Positions 57,601 through 64,000 of a stretch of 64,000 nucleotides of DNA are shown one piece after another. The DNA is from Paraspadella gotoi (lineage: Eukaryota > Animalia > Chaetognatha), in the NCBI GenBank assembly GCA_051294375.1, contig CM119263.1:9850432-9914431 (forward strand), written 5' to 3'. Below the pieces are notes generated by a model. The model did no database searches. It was given only the letters and a program-made list of their open reading frames with translations, and was not told where the DNA came from. The first letter of the stretch is position 1, and the number at the start of each line of letters is the position of its first letter. Made by a program: the position numbers and the translations under genes.

Positions 57601-60600
57601 CACTCATTTTATTATTATGTATTTATCAAATCGTTCAGACAGGGCAGGACCTTAAGTTTTGTCTCGATATAGGGTCCACCCCTGTACTAATCCAATAAAT
57701 GTTAAAATAGTTTTTTGCAGATTTGGATTCGTCATGAAAAGTTGATACAAAGAAATATAACTCTTTTTAAAAAAATATTTTATTAAGTTGATCAAATCTA
57801 AAAAAAACCTGTATGTTAAGCTGAAAATTAAAATTTCATATATTAAATATAGTTTTTTAATTTTTAACCCACTTAATGAAAGATTTTTTAAAAATGACTT
57901 ATATTTTCTTACTTTTGACGAAAAATTTAAATCTTTAATCAAAAGTAAGAAAAGCCGATTTTGAATTTTTTAGATTTTATAAAGATAGTACTATATATAA
58001 ATATAGCCTACTGCGAAAATTGAAGAACATAAAATTTATTTTTTTTTAAAAATTAAGTTCACTGATGGTATGTTGTTCATAATTGACATTTAGAATTTTC
58101 ATATGTAACTTTTACTACGCTCTACTGTATACTGTCCTTTTATCAACTCAACGAATTTAATTGCTGATGTAAAATAACGGCTAAATTGTTTAACAGCATA
58201 GATATAAAACCTCACCTGGTATATGACCATTATATAAACACCATGAAACGTCATCCAATTCCGCACTCATTCCTACTTCTCCAGCTAAAGCACGACGAAG
58301 GTTTTTAATAGACAATCGCATACGAGTTAAAAGCAAATTGAATCGCTGCAGTTCTGCATAACGAAATAAGATGAAAATGATGGGGGCGGGGTAAAAGTGT
58401 TCCAATTTAATAATGATAATAATTAGTATATTTTTAAATAAATCAAAAATCTTCTAATATAATTAATAAATAATAAAACAGTTCCTTCCAAGTTTTATAT
58501 TCCTTTGAAACAGCTTAAAATTTACCTACCTTTTATTTGTACTTGTTCTTTTTATCATATTTTTATTATTTAGTATTTAAATTATTAGAGAAGATTATTT
58601 ACATTAAACACAAGTTTTTTGTATGAGTTACAAATATTAAAATGATGCATATAAGTTTCAGAAGTTAGTATTAATTTTTTTAAAAAAAATTATAAATAAA
58701 CTCATTATAACAGAAAACACTTCAAATAAAGCATAAATTTAGCACCAAAATTTTCCTCAAATTGTAACCTTGAAGAAGCACAACGGTTGTAGGTTGAACC
58801 TCAATTCCGTACTGCATTCGAATTTCATCATATTTAAAATTCTCAGGCAACTTTTCAACGATATCTTTTGCGACATTATCTATGTACTCCTCGCGGGAAT
58901 ATTTGCTAGTTCCAGTCTCTGTTTGAGGCTGCAACTCCACCATTTGTAACCACAACTAAAAAAAGATATAATAAATAATTAATTAATTATATTGATTAGC
59001 TTGACCATGAAAAAATAGTGCAATGTAATATAAGTACTCACCTCTTTAGTTGCTTTGGTATAATAACCTATTTCAGCATTGGAATGTAATCCAAAAACAC
59101 CAGGCGAGTTGGTTAATGGTAATGACTCAATGTAATCAGTGTATAATTCTTTAGAAACCACTGACTCAGAAGATTCCTTTGGAATGTAATAATCTACCGA
59201 AGCGTCATGGTAGAAATGAAAAGGTTGAAATGTGTCAAACAGAAAATCTCCCATGTATTCATCCATGTATGTATTGACCAGACGCCTAAATAAGAAATTA
59301 GGTTTCAAATAAAAAAAATCTAACATCCCTCCCCATTACAATATTAATATTTGAAATAAACTTGATAATTAAATTCTATAATTATCATATTATGTATCTT
59401 TTTACTTTAATTTAAAAATTTTGTTTAGAAAAAAAGTAATTTGCCAAGGAATGAAATTCATTTTTCTTTTCAACGATGCCCACCTAAAAATGTTGAAAGT
59501 TCTTATTGCTTAAATTTACCTATCAAAGTCATCCATTACTCGACCACCATACATAACTTCTCCAATCAAATACTTCAAGCTGTTCCATGGAATTTTAGGG
59601 TCATTATTTTCGTATGCTTTGGTCAGATATGTATTTAAAACCTGTAAACATACTCTGAAGTCAGAATCATTAAAATCATAAACTATATTCCATCCAATTT
59701 TATCATATTTGCGTCGCTCTTGCACTACAGCATGGAAAAAAGAAAGGACAAATATTAAGCTAGGAAAAGCAGGGTGAGGGCAATCTAAGATCGTATTAGT
59801 TTTGATTTTGTGATAGGTTGCTCTAAGATTTAATTTGAGTCCATTAGGTGGTTCTGTAACAACTTTTAATGATCTTTGTAATATACCAATAGGAAATGAT
59901 GGTGTTGGGTCTGTAGTAAGCCAAAGCCTAAAATCAGGATGAGGTTTAGATAGTTTTTCAACAGCTTTTTCTAATTCTTTCAACCATTTAACTAACAAAT
60001 GACAGTTTTGCAACATGAGCCAGTGACCATGCGTAATTGCAGTTTCAAGAAGCTGAATAGACGCTTTTTCTTGGCCCTGTCCCATTGCATGAAACTTCAG
60101 TTTGTTTCCACCAAAGCCAGACCTTTCTGCTAATTTCATCAATTCTGAAGCGGGATCAGAACCCGGTGAAAGAATAAAAACTATGGGAGAAAATGGTGTT
60201 GATTGCTCAAAAATTGAATCAAAGGATATAACTGGAGGCATGACAAACTTTTCTCCCATTTGTCTCGTGACATACTCAGAAATACCCCGAAAAACCCTAT
60301 CCACTCTAAAGCATCTCAAAAGCATGAGGTGTTGAAAATCCGATATATCTTCATAATTAACTGGTCTTTCCACTTCTGGGTTTTCTGAATCAAACCACTT
60401 TTTCCATTCATTTCTATATTTTCCAATGTCATTTAAAATATTTCCATATTTATCAGGAAAATCCCGCGATAACTGTACTACGTCTTCCCACCCTTGATCA
60501 GGAATCCAATCAAATGGTTTTTCTCTGACACTTTTTTCTAACGAAAGATTTCCTTTTATAAAAAAATCTATTTCTTCTTGAGTCACATTTCCTTCATTTT

Positions 60601-63600
60601 TTTCGAGTTGTAAAGCGATCTGGAAGGAAAATAATAATTTGTGGCGCTCGAATATTCCGGTACAGCCATAATTATAAACATTGTAAGTTAAAGTATTAAT
60701 AATATTTCTTAAACGTTTTTGGACAATTGAATCAGGCAATGACTTTTTTAATGAGAATTCAAAAACTTCTAAATATGCTTTTAATGAATACTGATACATA
60801 CTATTCACATTTGCCATCTCAGCAAGAACAAAAAACAAAATAGCCCCACGCCGAGCAGCAGGTCTATATCCATCTCTAAGACCATCGATTTCAGCAGATG
60901 TTTTAACAGCAAGTTTTAATTTTTCAGAAACTTCTGCAGCTTTTTTCTTTGTTTCCTCAAGAGTTTCAACAAGCTCGGTATTATCTAGCATATTTCCAGT
61001 TGACGTTGCCAGTTCTCTAAGCAGTGCATCTTCAAGTTCCTTTAATAATGATTTATTGTGGCTCGTTTCTTGAATAAGTTGTTCTCTTTGTTCTTCCAAT
61101 TCTTTTCGTTCAAAACCAACAATTACACTTAGTAATTGATCTTCTAAACCTTTAAGAGTAACTGTATAGTTAATAACCATTGATTTCCCAAAAATGGTAG
61201 GAGAATATTTAGGATTAGGAAGTTTAGAATTTAAATAAAGACGGAAATTAGAGTTGTAATCAACTTCTTTGTCACCAAGCATAACAAACTCTCTTCCTTG
61301 ACTACCTTTCACATTCTTTTCTAAAACATTGTCAATAACAGGATCAATATATTCATCAACGTCCTGAAATAAAAATGGAAATCCATATTTGATAGCCATT
61401 TCTAATTTTTTTAAAAAGTCAGGGTCATTAAATGTACAAACTTTAAAATTAGTTCCTTCTTCCTTTTTCTTAATCCAGTTCAATGCTTGTTGTTGTGGAT
61501 CAATGCATAATGGAAACCTAGACGCTCTAGTGGTTAATATGCCATTTTGAACTGATAATTCATCTGGAGGTAAACCTTCTGAAATCCATTTACTCACCTC
61601 CACATCGTCAGTCAATAGATCTTCTAAATTGAAAGGTTGAGAAAGTGGTATTCCTCTCTCTTTAATATCAGGTTCCCATTCTTCTCTTAAAAGTGCATTT
61701 CGATATTCCCATGAAAAAGCACCAAGGTAGGCAAGAAAACCAGCAGATATCAAACAATCACCTAATAACCGGATACGTTGTTGTCGAAGATCTGATAATT
61801 CAATTTGCCATCGTTTTCCTTCAGAACTTAGCCCTGATATAAGTTTATCAGCAGCTATCAAACGACGTTCCATAATTTCTGCCTCTTCTTGCAGTTTTTG
61901 ACGTTCTGAAGTAGCAGCAGCATATTTGTCAGCTAATGTTTTCAATTGCTTTTCTAAACTATTGGATTCTGAAACTACCTTTTCAAGTTCTCTTTTGCTT
62001 TGATGAAAAACTTTTTCAAGCCTTGCTACTTTTTCTCGCTTAGGCTTTATTTCTTTTGCTACAGCACAGTAACCCATAACAGCTTCGACAAATCTCAATA
62101 AACCAGCTCCAGCCCGAGATATTATCTGTACTTCTTGTATAGTTGCACCCATTTCCTTCATAATACTTTTGACTGCTCTTACTTGGGAGGTGGAAATATT
62201 GTCAACATCAAGTTCTTTTAGAGATGCAAGAAAACCAACATCAGCCATCATACCCTTTGCAGTTTTCCAAGAAACATCTTTAATTCCTTTTAAAACAACA
62301 ATACATTCGCAAACTTGTTGAACAACTTGTGGGGGTTTGGCAAATGATCTTATTTCAGTAATATCAGATTTTTCCAAAGTATCTAGTGCTTTCCTGGCAG
62401 CTTCTAAAGCAGGCAATGCTTCAGATAGAGCTTCTTCTGCAGATGCTTTTTCAACAGCAATTTCTTTATTTTGAATTTCAATTTCCTTTTGTTTTTCCTT
62501 CACGACTGATTTTTTACCTTGTGCTTTCTGAGTGCCATCAGAAATTTCTTGTAAGAGCTTTTCACAAGCTTCTGTTTTTTCTGTTACTGCAACTTTTTGA
62601 ATTGCAAGTTTTTCATTCATATCTTTTAACTGAATACTGGCTTCATCTAGCTTTTGTATTCCTCCGACAAGACGCTGACAGGATGCTAATATAAAATTGT
62701 CTTTTTCTGTTAAAAGGCTTCTGTATGTTTTGATATAATCTAAAAAATTTTGGGGAGTGACATAATTTTGACGTCTTAACTTTTGTGCAAAAATAATGGA
62801 GTATTCATTAACTAAACAATGCGTGAAAACTACATGCTCAATAATTGCTTCACGATTTTTGTCTGGAATTAATCTATCTGGAATGTAATCAGCTGACAAG
62901 TATGAGGAAGCAACCGCGTAAAGTGCTTGTTCTGGCCAGGCAGAAAACCAATCTATCACACAATTGTTCACCAATCCAGGAAATGCCCGACATCTGCTTC
63001 GAAGTGTATCTCCTACAGGAGACATTGCAATTACCATATGTAAGTTACTAGAACATTTATCTACAAAGTATGACCAGATGGCTTCCTTAGTAAAGCCATA
63101 ACCAGAGTGCAGTGCCTCGTTTCTTAAGTCGGACACTATGCTTTCCTTTTCTTCATCAGCAAATAAAGCGGGTACCATTCCAGATGTAAGCATGTTATTA
63201 ATAAGTTCCAGAAAACCTTCTTCCATTACATGCTGATCACCAAATAAAAACACCGTTTTTTTGTTTTCAATCCCAATTTGATTATATAACGTTTTTAAAT
63301 CTTCTCGTAAGTTTGTTTCATTATAACCTCTGCACAGCTGAATTTCAAAGATTTCACACTCAGCAGAAAAGGCAGCAACTCTTGTTAAACATCTTTTACC
63401 AGACCCACCAACACCCACAAGAAGAGCATTGCCATGATCTAGCCTAAGTAGTCTATGAATTCTCGTCATATGTTCTAAAGCATCATCAAACAAAACTAAA
63501 TCAATTGGGCTCATATGTTCATTATATTCTTCAACGATTTCTTGAAATAAAGCTTTTGCTGCTTCATAATCTTGAATATCTTCATAAATCCGAGGTTCTG

Positions 63601-64000
63601 AGTCTTCGAGGGCACTTCTAAAATCACCAAAAACAATAGGATCTTGCAAAATGTAATCAATATGGTCCTTGAACGATGTTGATACAAGGTTTTTAACAAT
63701 CTCATTAACTACCTGTTTATCTTGCTCATTAATTAAACGATCAGAAAAAACCCTTAAACATTCATTTCGCCAAACCCGAACAAAATGCTCGGGATAATCA
63801 ATTCTGTCGGGTACGGTTATACACATACCATGTATTACACGAGACAGGTCTCTAAGATTAAAAACATAGTGGAATTTAGATGGAGTTGGAGGAAGATCAA
63901 TAATTATTTGTTTGTATAAGTTCATCATAAGCTCCACCAATTTTGGCACAATATCTTGAACACCACGTGAAAATCGTAAACAATGTCCCTGTAAAATAGA
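47272..64000 (-). CDS. DNAH10: Axonemal dynein heavy chain 10-like (inner arm I1/f alpha), 3' portion; continues beyond window
   Basis: Exons 64000-59520, 59285-59042, 58955-58769, 58353-58216, 54459-54187, 47823-47678, 47418-47272. Motifs: [36 protein letters not shown]-loop GVGGSGK, stalk, [47 protein letters not shown]. These match my recollection of DNAH10. Confidence 0.92.
49455..49675. repeat. 22-bp tandem repeat (CATTCATTGATGCGATGATAGT)n
   Basis: Directly visible; the same unit occurs at ~12410-12500, 20865-21045 and 50392-50565. Confidence 0.88.
49681..50233 (-). mobile_element. HINE family A
   Basis: Both termini present in reverse orientation. Confidence 0.72.
52144..52366. mobile_element. 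Penelope-type inverted pLTR mini-insertion with hammerhead-like core
   Basis: Inverted arms containing TGATGA-AGACTCT AACTGT AGAGTC-GAAA-CATGTC. 14-bp TSD TATTCTATAATATT at 52130-52143 and 52367-52380. Confidence 0.78.
52930..53282 (+). mobile_element. Penelope-like 3' end remnant with degenerate hammerhead
   Basis: GCA-GTGATGA-AGGCTT..AAGCC-GAAA-CTTGTA-TGC followed by AATAAAAATCGTTG. Confidence 0.55.
53283..54136 (-). mobile_element. HINE-like family B with an 18-bp purine array
   Basis: Family-B termini; (AAGAATAGAAAGGAAAGA)n at ~53410-53590. Confidence 0.65.
55545..55615 (-). other. tRNA-derived SINE head or tRNA pseudogene
   Basis: A box TGGCCGAGTGG and B-box-like GATTCGAATCC; poor acceptor and anticodon stems. 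Confidence 0.45.
55671..56427 (+). mobile_element. HINE family A with duplicated 3' end
   Basis: Family-A 5' stem; 3' terminus occurs at ~56292 and again at ~56425. Confidence 0.68.

Larger units (their letters stand above)
54875..57684. mobile_element. Tc1/mariner-type non-autonomous element
   Basis: TA|CAGGGGTGG...CCACCCCTG|TA. Confidence 0.68.
54758..58124. mobile_element. hAT MITE (same family as 1620-2236) split by nested insertions
   Basis: Family termini and 8-bp TSD CTGTATAC at 54750-54757 and 58125-58132. Confidence 0.78.

Overview
AT-rich, repeat-dense, intron-containing eukaryotic DNA, most likely from a ciliated invertebrate animal. Three protein-coding genes lie head-to-tail on the minus strand: the 3' part of an axonemal dynein heavy chain (DNAH10-like, 64000->47272, 7 exons in the window), a two-exon mitochondrial ADP/ATP carrier (37429->28322) and a 17-exon meiotic MutS homolog MSH4 (27129->435, about 1266 aa by manual exon joining, all splice phases consistent). 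Introns and spacers hold small mobile elements: Helentron/DINE-1-like (HINE) families with internal satellites, hAT, Tc1/mariner and Chapaev-like MITEs with visible TSDs, a decayed DIRS retrotransposon (RNase H end, adenine-MTase-like domain, tyrosine recombinase), a Penelope RT fragment, and two ~220-bp palindromic hammerhead-bearing Penelope-type mini-insertions. There is also a complete 607-bp miniature LTR element (TRIM) and hairpin-packed solo LTRs with non-canonical TA...CA ends. Most notable are the hairpin-rich TA...CA LTR/TRIM system, the palindromic hammerhead mini-elements, the very tight ANT-MSH4 junction split by a MITE, and a TP-rich tail on MSH4. All calls were made by eye; no database searches or folding programs were run.
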